Source: Vicugna vicugna
Lineage: Eukaryota
NCBI GenBank assembly: GCA_013265495.1
Contig: MU057560.1
Location: 1,843,664 to 1,901,993 of the forward strand
DNA length: 58,330 nucleotides
Direction of reading: 5' to 3'
Positions 12,643 to 24,720 of this stretch are shown piece after piece. Position numbers and translations under genes: made by a program. The notes under the pieces were generated by a model. It was not told the origin of the DNA and searched no databases. It saw only the letters and a list, made by a program, of their open reading frames with translations. Every line of letters starts with the position of its first letter. Within the stretch, counting starts at the first letter, position 1.

Positions 12643-13045
12643 AGCAGTGTACCTTAAACTGTTTCGTTTTAAAATCACCTCTGAAGTTCACCCTTTCAAA
12701 TGCCTCTCACGCTCAGGGAGCAAACCCAGACAACGCAGGTGCTTTTACGTCATCAGCTCAAAGGGGGCCGTGTTTGCCGGCTGGTTCCTGTGTCACTGGT
12801 CCTTAAGGAAAAGCAAGCCCGCCCTGGGGTCCGCAGAGTGGACAGGATTCCCTTTACCTCCTGCCTTTCCCTGGGGGGCTTCCTGGCAGGAGAACCTCTC
12901 GCCCTCAGCCCCAGAATGCCGCTTTTCCACCCCCTCCCCAGCCCTGCGCACCGAGCAACTGATGAGTAAATCAGACAGTCACGAGCCGGTTTTCAAGTCA
13001 GAGAGCTGCACGCCCTCCTGCGCGGCGTCAGGAATCCCGCATTAC

Positions 13046-13172
13046 CTGCCCCGCTCCGCACTAGAGGTTCTGCCTTCGGTTTCTTCTTCTCCTCTTTGGC
13101 ATAAAACACAGAATCCTGAGCTTTGGGTGGACTGCTGTCGTGTTTCTGGGGGTCTTTCGCTTTGGGATCCTC
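13046..13172 (-). CDS. DCDC2C: DCDC2C exon 7 (127 nt): EDPKAKDPQKHDSSPPKAQDSVFYAKEEKKKPKAEPLVRSGA
   Basis: ttcttcgtttgcaccgcag| acceptor; G|gtaatg donor; resembles recalled human PPKTQDSVYYAKEEKKK. Confidence 0.9.
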
Positions 13173-15550
13173 CTGCGGTGCAAACGAAGAAGAACAGGCA
13201 CTTCACTATGCCCCGTACACACGGCACAGAGCACCGTTGGCGGACAGAGGCGCGCGGCGGGTCTTATGGGCTATTTTGAGAAGGACCAGGGATGGCACAC
13301 GCTTCCCGGGCGGAACAGGGGGTGGGACTCAGGGGCCTCCCAGGCCTCCCCCTCCTTGCACCATCTGTACCACGCTGTCGCCTACATTCCTCTCTCTAAA
13401 GCGGCAGACACCTCTCCCTCCTCCCAGGGACACCGCGGGCAGTGCCTCCCCCAGAGGGAAGCCAATTCTCGTCCTAACTGCAGGTGGCACGTAGGGCCTG
13501 GCACACGGGGGGCCGCGTTAGAAGGGGGGCAGGCAGGTCTACAGAGGTCCCTGGGGCTTTAGACACCCTCCTTAGAGCTACAAAAATCGCTCCACAGGGA
13601 CTACCCAGCTGTCACCGCGAGAACGTCGGGGCAGGAAGGAGCATCTCTAATAAAAAATCAAATGTGGGGCAGGTGTGCTCAGGGTCACACTAGAGGGGAA
13701 CTCAGGTTTCTAAAACAAAAATCGGTAAGCAGTAGCAGCAAAGGAGAACCAGGTCGCAGGGCGCGGTGCGCTAACTCTTAGCGCCACCCCGACGCCACCC
13801 CACCGAACGGGCTTCTGTCCAACTCTACTCCGTCCTTACATACAAACCGGCTGTTTCTAGTTTTCCTTTTTTCTGTCTTCACTAAAGTATTTGGAAATGG
13901 ATACAGGCAAAAAAATGATACAAACAGGTATTTCTCGTGAGCTATGTCACCTACCAAAATGTCGAACTAAAAACACCCAGCTTGTGCCGTTTTCATACGG
14001 CACTACGTGTGTATCATGCAAACTGCCAGGACTTTTTTCCTTGTGGAAATTACAGTGTGAAAACAGTCCCTCAACCGCAAACAGGAGGCAAAATCCTTCC
14101 ACCTGCTTCGGGAGGCTTTCCCGCAACTTGAAATTGTGTCCGTAAGGAGAGGGAGCAAGGCCTCTGCAGAACTGGAGTCAAACAGAAAACGGTATACGGT
14201 GCTCGTGGCTCGGAGGCAGCGAGGGGCTGGGGTTTGAAAACCCTATTCGATTCTTTTTTTCCCTATTTTATTTAATTTTTTTTTCGAAGTGCACTCGATC
14301 CTTTTTAGTGTTACTCACGTCGCCTTGTATAAGAAGTTTGCCCATCTTTGGCCTCTGAGACAAAGATGCTGTATGTTTATCTTATTATCCCTGAAATAGT
14401 CCTCAAAGGACAGTGACAAGGAAACACTGCCCACCCTCCTTTTGGGGCACGAAAGCAGTCAGGGGGCTGAGCAAGGAGCTCTGAGCAAACCACGCCCATC
14501 GCGGTCTGACCACCAGCTCCCGTCACCCCAGGAGCTGCGGCAGGTGAAGACGCACGCGGAAAATCGCCCAGAGCAGAAAGGACTTCCTTCCAGGACGGCA
14601 GGAGGCAGGTGAGGGCGGGCATCGTGTCATTAAGCCCATTTTATCATTCAGTTTCACGCTTCACCCCACAGGCACCTGACGGGAACGCAAGATTCCAGAA
14701 CCCCGCATTCCTCTGAAGTCCAGTGACGCCAGAGCCACGTGGGCTTGGCCTCTCGTCAGGCGTTGACTCGAGCACCCCCTTCTCAGGGAGCACACCCTGG
14801 CTCGCCCCCCGACTCTCCAGCGCCCCTCCTCAGCCTTCCCCGCTCTTCCCCAGGGCACTAAGTGCAGCCCACAAGTTGTGTATGACGTTCACGGCCCACC
14901 TCTCACCACGAGATGACGTGGGCCTGACGCCACTGTCTCCCGGGGCTGTGGGGAGGTCTGCCAGGCCTCCTACCAGGAAGGATGTCAGACTTTGCCTGGC
15001 AGACAGAACTGCTCCAGGAAGCATTCGCGGGAAACGTCTGTGATTCAACAGGTGGGTGGGTGTGAATCCTGAGCTAAGGAAGAAGAGCAGCGGGGAAGCG
15101 GTGGTGGCCCGGGGAGGGGGGGAGGGGGCGGCAGATGACCACACGCCATGTCTCCTCTGGGTCACTCCAGGTCCACGTCCGTCAGGATGAGGCCAAACTC
15201 CCGGCGGCACCTCCGCCCAGCACACCCGGCTCCACGCGCACGCACCTGGCTGCACCCTGACAGGCCAGCGCTTCCAATCTCCTGTGTGTCTCCGGAACAG
15301 CCCCTCCTCGGGCTTCGGCAAGCTCGCCCGCGGCCCTAACTGCGCGACGTCTTGTCCCCACACAGAGACATCCCGCCCGCTCCCAGTCCGCTTCCGCACA
15401 GCCCCACGGCCACAGGCTGCCACTGGCTGCCCGCACAACTCTCCCCCTCGGGCCCGAAAGCCCCCCGGGGACGGAGGCGGGCCGCCTGCACCCTTTCGTG
15501 CCCGGTGCCTGGCATCCCTGGACACCATGGTGTCTTTTCTTAATTTACAT

Positions 15551-16209
15551 ATTTGTTTTTTTTTTAATTGAAGTATTGTCGGTTTACAATTGTGTTAGTT
15601 TCTGGTGTACAGCATAGTGATTCAGTGATACACACACATGTATGCATTCTTTCTCATACTCTTTTTCATTGCAGGTTATTACAAGGTATTGAGTATAGCT
15701 CCCTGTGCTCTAAGTAGGACCTTGCTGTTTATCTATTTCATACACAGTAGTTAGCATCTGAAAATCCCAAACTCCTAATTTATATCTCCACCCACCTCTT
15801 ACCCACCCCCGGTAGCGGTAAGTTTGTTTTCTGTGTCTGTGAGTCTGTTTCTGTTTTGTAAATACGTTCTTTTGTATCATTTTTTTTCTTTTGGATTCCA
15901 CCTACGAGCGATCTCATATGGTATTTGTCTTTCTCTATCTGACTTACTTCATTTAGTATGACGATCTCCAGGTCCATCTATGTTCCTGCAAATGGCATTA
16001 TTTCATTCTTTTTTGTGGCTGAGTAGTATTCCATTGTATAAATATACCACAGCTCCTTTATCCAGTCTTCTGTCAATGGACATTTAGGTTGCTTCCATGT
16101 CTTGGCTCTTGTAAATAGTGCTGCTGTGAACACTGGGGTGCAGGTGTCTTTTCAAATTACAGTTTCCTCTGGATAAATGCCCAGGAGTGGGACTGCTGGA
16201 CCATATAGA
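15551..16209 (-). mobile_element. 5'-truncated L1 (ORF2 end + 3'UTR)
   Basis: Poly-T head; ORF 15780-15977 MDLEIVILNEVSQIEKDKYHM is L1 ORF2-end-like; possible TSD tgtcttttc at 15531 and 16210. Confidence 0.9.
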
Positions 16210-19200
16210 TGTCTTTTCACTGTCGGAGCAACACGGATTTACAGCAGTTCTCAGCAGACAACGCATTAAGCAGGATGCAGACACCCCGCTTTCCCATGGG
16301 AGGGGGCGAGCACCACATCCCCAATCCCCTCGCCCCGTCCCTGCGTCTCCAGCCCCCTGAGATCAACACGAGTGCTACTTCCAAAGGCCACAGCACTTCT
16401 CTCAATTTCCTTCATCTTTCTTCCTGTTAAAATTATTCTCAGAGAACATCCCTGAGGCATGTTGGGTTTGTGTCTCTGTGTGCCTTGACAACTGTCACCG
16501 TTCTCCAGCGCCCACGTCCGTCGACCTGGCTGTTTTAATGCCACTGCACAGGGTGTCTCGCTCCAGCACGGGGAAGGCTGGCCACCTCCCGAGGTAACCT
16601 GGGATGAGTCCGGCGGTGCACCTAGCGGACGAGCAAACCACCCAACTCAGAGCCAGTTACCGTCAGGGAGGAGGCGGCAGGCGCGCGGGCAGGAGGCACT
16701 TCCCGGCTCCCTGAGTGAACGTCCTGGTCCACAGCGGGCCAAGGTCTCCGGTCAGCGGGCCAGCCCCCGCTTCGCGCATGATCCACGTAGAGGCCTTGCC
16801 GGCACCTGAACCTGGCTGCTGCATCTCCGGGCTGCTGGAAGGCGACCACAAGCACTGCCTGAGCGCCGTGCGGTGCTGTGTGGACTTGACACCGTCAGCC
16901 CGCAAACGTCAGTTCAAGACGCTCATTTCATACTGGGCTTCACAGTTTAGGGCCGGTTATTAAAGCCTGGGTGGCAGCCCCCCACACACGGTCACACCTG
17001 GTGCACCCAAGCTTCATCTCAGTTCGTTTGTGCTTCACGGCCAGAAGAGAAGCAGGCAACCCTAACGTTCTGATTGTGGATGCGGTACAGACACGAGGCT
17101 TACTCACTACTCACTGAGACTTGACAGAGGCTTGCACCCCGGAATACTCATTTTAGTATGCAGATTCAATCTACAGCATTTATTAAATTAGCCGCACTTC
17201 TTTGGAAGGTAACAGACACCTTCCTTGGAAAGCAGCTACACAGTAAGTGTGTTTGCCATAAACTGAATCTGATGTAACAGAGTAAGTGTCGCTTCACTCA
17301 ATGACTTCCTCTTGGACTAAAAGTCACGGCTCCAGTTAATTGGACCATTTAAGGCCCTGACAGGCTCTTCACAGTGTATTTTCCAATGTTCAAATATTTG
17401 AATCCAGTGGTAAGTGAACTGAGCCAATCAAATAAGGCGAACTGTGTCCCAGGCATAGCTGAAGCACACTAATCAGTTAAAATGCTCCCGTGCGGTTTCT
17501 TTGCCATTTTCTTGGAAACGGGCATTTTTAACAGTACAATTTAAAGTTCTGCTAAATTAAACTCTCATTACGTTCAAAATGGAAATCTAGATGTAAGACG
17601 CAAACAGCTTTGCTCTTCAGTTTTTTTAAACCCTCTGCTAGGGTATCTATGTTAGATTAAATTAGAACTTCATCCCCTTGGCAGTAAGTCTGATGACAGA
17701 AATCCTGGGGGAAAAAATGGGAAGTCAAAGAGGGGAACCGTCTTTCATTAACGAAGACCCTGGGCAGTCAGCGGCATCGAGCCACACGGCTGTTAGCAGA
17801 GCCAGGATTCCGACCGAGGAAATCGGAGTCCAGGGTGCTGGCTCTCCAAGCCCTGGGCTCTCCCTGGGCGGGCGGCGTGGGTTTACTAAGAAAGAAACCT
17901 GTCGTCTAGCATGCAGACAAGATTTCACCCGCCTCCTAGGCGTCCGCTTAGGTCCAGAGACGGTTCATCCCTCACTCCTTAGAGAGCCCATGACGACAGC
18001 CGTGGACGACGTGGGAGCAGACCTGTCCTCTGCTGCACGCTCCATGGAGTCCTCCTGGCCGCCACAATGCGCTTCTGCACGAATACCGCCTCCCACGTGT
18101 CCCCTTCCCTCTCGTCTGACGGCTGGGCTTGCCTAGAGCACAGCAGCTCCTCACACCACCACCACCGCCGACACCGAAGTCCTCCTGCTCCTCCCTCCCC
18201 CACCGGGGCCTCCGCTCCTGCACCCCAGCCGGCAGCTGCCACCCCTAACCCGCCCCCAGGAAACCTGCAGTCTCCCGCCTCCTCCCGCCTCCTCCCGCCT
18301 CCTCGCGCTCCACAGCCATCGAGACCTGCCCCGGCTCCTTCCCGTTACTTTCCTTCCCATTTCCTTGAATCAAGATGCCAGAAACCCTAAGACGCGTGGT
18401 TACTTCACCTGCCGCTAAGGAGGAAGTCAAGCCGCCACTTGAACCACGTCCTGATGCTTCTTCTTGCCTAGAGGTGCTTTTTCCTCCTTCCTGAAAGAGC
18501 CCTCTGGGGGCTATTTAGACACAGGCGTCATCAATATCACACCGGAACATGAGGAGAGGACATGCTAACAGAAACAAATTACTGGAATCCTCCCTAAACT
18601 TGACATCCTGAGCCTGGCTCCCCCGACCCACTTCCAACTCAAAGACACGCGGGCGGAAAGCCAGGGAAAGCGACCACGCTCGGCCAGCAGCCCCGGGGTT
18701 CTCTCCCAGGCTGCTCCGCACGTCCCCAGGCGGGCGCTTTCCTGCCTGGAGCCCGGAAGGGAATCCTTGCGCACCTGTCCTGTAATGAAATGCAAATGAG
18801 TGCGGCCACAAAGCCCCTCCCGGGGGGCGTGGAAAGTGAATATAAGCTTGCTGCGCTGCTCCGCCAGGCAGCATCTCCTTCTCCACCTCCAGGGACCCTG
18901 AGACCACATGGAGGGAGACAGTGACCACCAGCCCCAGCTTCCCATTTGGAGTCCGTACACTTCACTCCATCACCCGCAGTGATTCTGGGGTGCGTCTGTT
19001 CGTGTCACTCCCTTGCTGAAGGCAGATCCCCGTGAATACAGTGCTTCCCTACCCCACCAGCCGTGACCATCCCCGCCTGCCTCCCCAGCCCACCACCTGC
19101 AACCCACGTTCCCACCACGGGCACCAGGGCCTCCCCGACTCCGGGCACTATGGAGGGGGAGACTGGGGTGCGTCTGAAAGTCTAACGGCAGAGGGACAGC

Positions 19201-19516
19201 AGAATTGGACGGGCGGGGAGCGGTGATGCTGGTGGAATCAGGGGTGACGTCCAGGCATGGGCTCAGCTGGAGAGTGGATTTCGCTGACCGCTGACCAGGT
19301 GAGACGTGTCTGCCTTCTCCACCAGCAGAGACGCACACGCAGCTCATCTCTGTCTCACACACGAAGTGGCCGGGGCCACTGGATAATCAGCAGATGTGCT
19401 CAGTCAACTCCAAGAGTCTGTGGGTCAAAAGCTCTGTGCGTGTTTGGGACGTGCTCACTGAAGGGTCAGGAAAGAGTCTCTGCTTTGTACTGTAGGTACA
19501 TTTAAAAAAAATACGG

Positions 19517-19638
19517 AAGGGTGAGGGTATAGCTCAGTGTTAGAGGGTGTGCTTGGCATGTACGAGGTCCTGGGTTCAATCCCCAGGGCCTCTGTGAAGG
19601 GGGATACAAGTGAAATATAATTTCTTTTTTAAAAAGAC
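19517..19638 (+). mobile_element. tRNA-derived SINE (Vic-1-like)
   Basis: A box tagctcagtgttagag and B box ggttcaatcccc; 11-bp TSD AAAAAATACGG at 19506-19516 and 19639-19649. Confidence 0.88.
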
Positions 19639-19644
19639 AAAAAA

Positions 19645-19792
19645 TACGGCACAGGGAACCATATTCAACACCTTGTAATAGCCTATAATGAAAAAGCATG
19701 AAAAAGAATATAAACATAACTGAATCACTGTGCTGTACACCAGAAATTCACAAACACTGTGAATCAACTATACTCCAATTAAAAACAAAAAA
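19645..19792 (+). mobile_element. L1 3'UTR terminal fragment
   Basis: cacagggaaccatattcaacaccttgtaatagcctataatg...aactatactccaattaaaa. Confidence 0.8.
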
Positions 19793-20213
19793 CCACGTGC
19801 AGATTAAAAGAGGACTCAGCACTGGGTCTCACAGAGACCCGCCCCTCTCCCCACCCGACACCCTCAAGCACGAGGGTCACCGAGGGTGCACACAGCCCCC
19901 CACGTGCTGCGGGTGACGTCCCCGCGGAGGGGCCGCCTGGGTTTCCAGCCCTGATTTTTAAATTTCCTCCCCACTTTGAAAAAGGATGTTGAGGTGGTTC
20001 ACACAGAAGACAGATGAGAGAAGTTAATCGGTTAGAAGGGGAAAATCAGGAACAAGTAAAGAAAGAAACAAACATACTGACTGCAGTGCAGTTGCTGTGA
20101 ACAATCCTGAGGTCCAGCCTCCCGCACCCAAGGCGCCAGCGAGGGGAGCCGTTCCCGCGCTCAGCACCGCGCACATCGGCAGCTGGGGCGACGGCTTTCT
20201 CAGCACTCAGTTC

Positions 20214-20297
20214 TTTTTTTTTTAATGGTGGCACTGGGGATTGAACGCAGGGCCTCGTGCGTGCCAAGCACGCGCTCTGCCCGAGCCACTCCGCCCC
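20214..20297 (-). mobile_element. tRNA-derived SINE (short, diverged)
   Basis: Reverse complement of the SINE head with a poly-T tail; degenerate TSD cagcact...tc on both sides. Confidence 0.8.
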
Positions 20298-21044
20298 CAG
20301 CACTTGGCTCTGAGACAAACGCGTCAGGCTGACCTTCACCCGAGGGACAGCGAGCGCCGTAAAACCCTCAGCAGGCTTCGTTGAGCCAACGCCTTCGTCG
20401 TCTTCCAGGACTTTGTTTTCTAGAGCACCTGCTCCCGTGTGCTCTGGTCACACCTACTTCATATGAGAATTTCAATAATAGGCTTAATTTTTCTAAAATA
20501 GCACATTTTTTGCACTGCGGTCTGTGCTGTTTGTGATCATTCTGTCTAAAGATTTCAAAGTATTCAGTGTCCTCATCAAAGCTGGTTAACTTCCCAGTGA
20601 CGGCTCCCAGAAGACAGAAGGAAATGCAGTATCAGAACAGACGTGCTCCGATTTTAGACCCAAGAGAACGAACATAAAGGAAAAGAAAATTCCATCCCTA
20701 CCGATAGAGCCAAAGGCACAAGGACGACACGGCGGAGGAGGAGCAGCAGAAGCACGCCGCGGTGTTCGGCAGACGGGGGCCGTCACCTGCGTGCGCGGAA
20801 GCTTCCAGAACCACTAACGCATGGGGTTTCAAGGCTGTACCATTCACACCAAAGAACCTCCCAGCCCCGGACTCTGAGCAAAGTCGTCCCTTGCTCCCTC
20901 GCCCACAGGAGGAAGCCCGGCGCCCCACGCGGGCTGAGAGGCCCCTTCTACAACGAGGGGCCGTCCCATGGTGGGTCCCTGTCGGTGCCAAAGGACACCC
21001 AGGGCCACCACGCTCCTCCCCGTCCCCTTTGCAGTCGTACTTAC

Positions 21045-21087
21045 TTTTTTCTTTCTTCGTGAGTATTTCTCAATGTCTGTGTACTTC
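21045..21087 (-). CDS. DCDC2C: DCDC2C exon 6 (43 nt): (Q)KYTDIEKYSRRKKK
   Basis: ttttgtttttcag| acceptor; AAA|gtaagt donor; phase 2 in, phase 0 out, fitting both neighbours. Confidence 0.87.
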
Positions 21088-23790
21088 CTGAAAAACAAAA
21101 GACAGTCCAGCCAGAGATGTTTAGAGCTAGGCCAAAATCTCTGCAAGAAACATGCAGGCTGTTGCGGTGACCTCAGGAGGCACCGATCAAGAGCAGGGAG
21201 CTCAGGGTCCCCAGAGGACACAAGCCCACACCAGGGTGGCCCCCAGGCTCCCGAGAGAGTGGGCCCCAAGGCAGTCGCTCACGTTCCTTCCCTGAGAGTC
21301 TCTCACTTGGGGGGGGGTCTGCCCCCGAGGCTGCATGTCTGCAGGCACCTTCTGCCCTAAAGCTTCTATATGACCCTGGGGGCAGTGGGGTGGGGGGTTC
21401 CGACATTTAAAGTTTCTGACAGCTGGTCAGTCACGCTCACAGACAACGGCTTCTGCACACAGCCCTCGCCATGATGTGTGGAGCCCTTACGTCGCTGCTC
21501 TCAGAGAACCCAGAACCCACGGGTTCACTCAGGCCCACAGCTCATCGGCAGAAGAACTGAGACTAAAATCCAATCCAAACCCGGTCCGTCCTCGTCCTGG
21601 CCCGTCAGAGCTCTGGGCCGCCTGCCCTGCCCTCTCCCCCTTCTCTGCTGACAACCGCGGGCCCGCAGGCCTGCTTCCCACTCTTCGTCCAGCTTTACTC
21701 CAGCTGTTCCTCTGCCCGTGGGGAAGGGCCCCCCCACGTGGTTCTCCAGCACAAAAGCACCCCTGGGTCTACTTCCCCAAGGGTGAGTGGACTTCAGTCT
21801 CTCAGCAACTCTGCGGAAACTCCTCATCCACACCCAACCTCCTGGGCAAGGGAGAAAGCTATTTAAGCAACCAACAGACTCCGGCCAGGGTGCAACACGT
21901 GAACGATGACAGGAGGAGACAAAACACGTTGAAAGACAAAGGAACTCGTGCAGGGCGCAGGGGACACAGCAGAGAGAGCCATTCAGCTCAGTTCAACGGC
22001 TCCTCCCGTCTTTCCACCCCCAGGCTGCCAGGACCAGCTGTGATGGATTAAGGAATGACAAAATCAGGAAACACCCCGGCCTGGCAGGCGCGCTAGCCGG
22101 ACCCTAACCTAACCACCTGCCTGGAGGGTCACGATCCGAAAGGGACAAAGGAAGCCGTTCTCTGCCTGGAAGCAGAAACCCTAACGGCATACGAGCCGGA
22201 AGAGGCATGAGGTCCGCCAGACACCGCTCCCGCGAGGGCATCTCAAGTTTCCCAAAAGGGGCTCCGTGCAGGGGGCCTCGGGGGTGGGGTGGAGGCCCCC
22301 ACCTGCAAGGCTGAAGCCGCCTGCCTGCCCCACAGTGAGATGAGAACGGGCACCTCTGTTCTTTGCTCAACACAGAGACCGTTAAAACGTGACGGAGAAG
22401 CAGCTACGGGGAGGTTCCTGGCTCCCGAAAAGCTCCCGACACCAAGTGTGGTTCAAACCCAGCCGGGGGCTAAGCAACCAAGGGTGGGAGACCTCCCAGG
22501 TCAGCTCCAGAAACCACTCATCTCAGCAGCCCTGGAAACCGGAACCTTAAAATCGCACCTGACGGTCTCGTGAAGGAGGAGTCCGGCGTCCACGCTCCCG
22601 ACACCCCAGCGCCTGAGGGCCTGCCATCCTCCCAGGCCCCACGCCGGCCTTCTTAGCTGACCCCAGGGCAGCAAACCCAGCCTCAGCCCTGATCCCGGGG
22701 CCCTCGTTTGGGACCAAAACTGAGCACGTGGATCAGGACGTGCCTCTGCACTCCAGTCCCGCAGGTCAGCCGCCCTCCCGAGCCACCGCTGAGCCCGGCC
22801 CAGCCCTGACACCCAGCAGCAGACACACAGGAGCCCGCTGGGAGCGCGGCCCCGGGGCCCCAGGCCCGTAGGGCGTTCTCCGCCTGGCCGACACAGCAGG
22901 AAAGGGGGGGGGATTGGACTGCACAGACCCACAGGCCCTCAGGGTGGGGAGCCCTGTGGTTTCACACACAAACACAACCTGAGAAGCAAGGAGCGGGAGT
23001 CCAAGGAGGCGTCGAGGGTGACTGCCCTGGGAGTGCAGCCAGACCACCTCACCTCGCGACCTCGAGGCGGGTGAACCTGAGCAGCGCTTTCTGCAGACGT
23101 GGAGCTCCTCCTTCTACGTGACGTCAGCGCAGGACACAGACACACGTCGGAGCCCCAGCGCTGGGCTCCTCTGCCTCAGGATAAAACCGCCAGGCGTCCC
23201 CAGGTATGAGTCCAAAGGGAGCGCAACGGCTCAGCTACAGGCGCCTGTCCGCCCGACTCCAGACGCAAGCCGCAGGGCGAAGGGACCGGAGCCCCCACCC
23301 ACGTCTCAGCTTCCTCCCAGCCACCCCTTCATGGCCACAACCGCACACGCCATGCGGCGCCCCATCAGCCAGGTCCCAGATCCACCCCAGAAGTCACTGC
23401 TTTGTTCACCAGCAGAGACTGCCGCCCCACACAAACCCTGTGTTTTAGAAAAGGAAAAGCGCGCGGAATTAAGAAAACAAAATTGTGCCAGGTGGAGCAT
23501 GGGCTCCCATGACGGTGCCTGGGGCGGGCTCCATCTTGCACATTTAGACTCTTGACCTCGATGACCCCAGTAACCCCAGAGGAAGACGAGGGACTTCATG
23601 CAGGACCTCGTGGTCCTTGTGAATATATCAAACAGCAGCGGTTCCTCCACACCTAGACTGTGAGAACCCAAAATTGCACCACTTACGAAATAAGCATGAA
23701 GGGCAGACAGAAGAGGCCACACCGGGGAGAGACGCTGGGCGGGGAAAGAGGGGGATTTACAGGCGAGAGGGAGAGGGGCCGTGTGCTCAC

Positions 23791-23928
23791 TGCTGGACGT
23801 CGCCAGGGACCCTTGGGCACTTCCAGTAAGGGAAGTGTTTGAACGTCTCCAGTCCTGCCGCCACGTAGAAGTGGTTGTCCTGCAAGTCCTTCGAGTCGTC
23901 CAGAAGATGCCCGTTCATCGTAAACAAC
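23791..23928 (-). CDS. DCDC2C: DCDC2C exon 5 (138 nt): (K)LFTMNGHLLDDSKDLQDNHFYVAAGLETFKHFPYWKCPRVPGDVQ
   Basis: ttcttgttctgcag| acceptor; CA|gtgagc donor; DCX C-terminal motif YVAAG.E.F. Confidence 0.94.
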
Positions 23929-24399
23929 CTGCAGAACAAGAAAGAAGCAGCGGGCTGGGGCTCCGACAGCAGTGACGCCGGGCTGGGCGTGCTGTGCGCA
24001 TAGCACGGCCAGCGCATGGGCCGCGGGAGAGCTGACGCTCCGTGAGCAGACGCCGTCCAGACGGGCTGGCCGGGCCCGCGGGGCGGCTCTCCCGGGCCAG
24101 GCTCGCTCTCCGTTTTCAGGTTTCTTAATTAAAGTACATCTTTAATTATGTACAAGTGCTCAGGGACCCTTGAGAACATTTTAAGCTGTTGGTTGGTGTT
24201 CAATTAATTTTAACTGATAATAGCTAAAATTAATACAAATTGGCTTATCTTGTTATAACAATACTTAGAAAACAAACTGGCATTTATTAGCAAATATTAT
24301 GCCTTTTCATAAACACCAAAAGACTAATATTTGTCTATGTTTTATTCTGCGCTCTTTTTGGCAAGTTTTAATTCACTAGTTCATTTATTTCAGAAACTA

Positions 24400-24720
24400 C
24401 TCAATTCATTCAATGCTGAGCATCTGTTATGAACTAGACACTCAGGTAGGCATCGCCTTGGATGAAAACACAAAGAGGAAAGTCACAGCTTCCCCAAAGT
24501 CAGGAAATGCACAAAAACCTTCATAAAGACAAATATGACCAGAGAAGGGCAAAGTGCTGGCGTTCAAGGAAGAGAAGGATTAAAGGCAAGCTTCACTAAG
24601 GTGGGAGAAAGTGCAGTGGGCTTTGAAGGGTAGGTAGGGGTTCCTCATGTGAAGATGGCATGAATCCTTGGGATAGCAGAAGGGGCCTCTGCAAAAAGCC
24701 AGAACGCAGGGGTTGACTGT
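24400..24720 (-). mobile_element. L2 remnant
   Basis: caattcattcaatgctgagcatctgttatgaactagacact... typical reversed L2 3' end. Confidence 0.5.

Noticed and set aside
12409..13279. 246-aa + strand ORF and poly-Pro/Arg ORFs
   Set aside because: Driven by trinucleotide low-complexity sequence and antisense overlap with exon 7.
17150..17620. AT-rich unique stretch with CCAAT and TAAT motifs as a possible enhancer
   Set aside because: Motif density is not distinguishable from chance by eye; needs conservation data.
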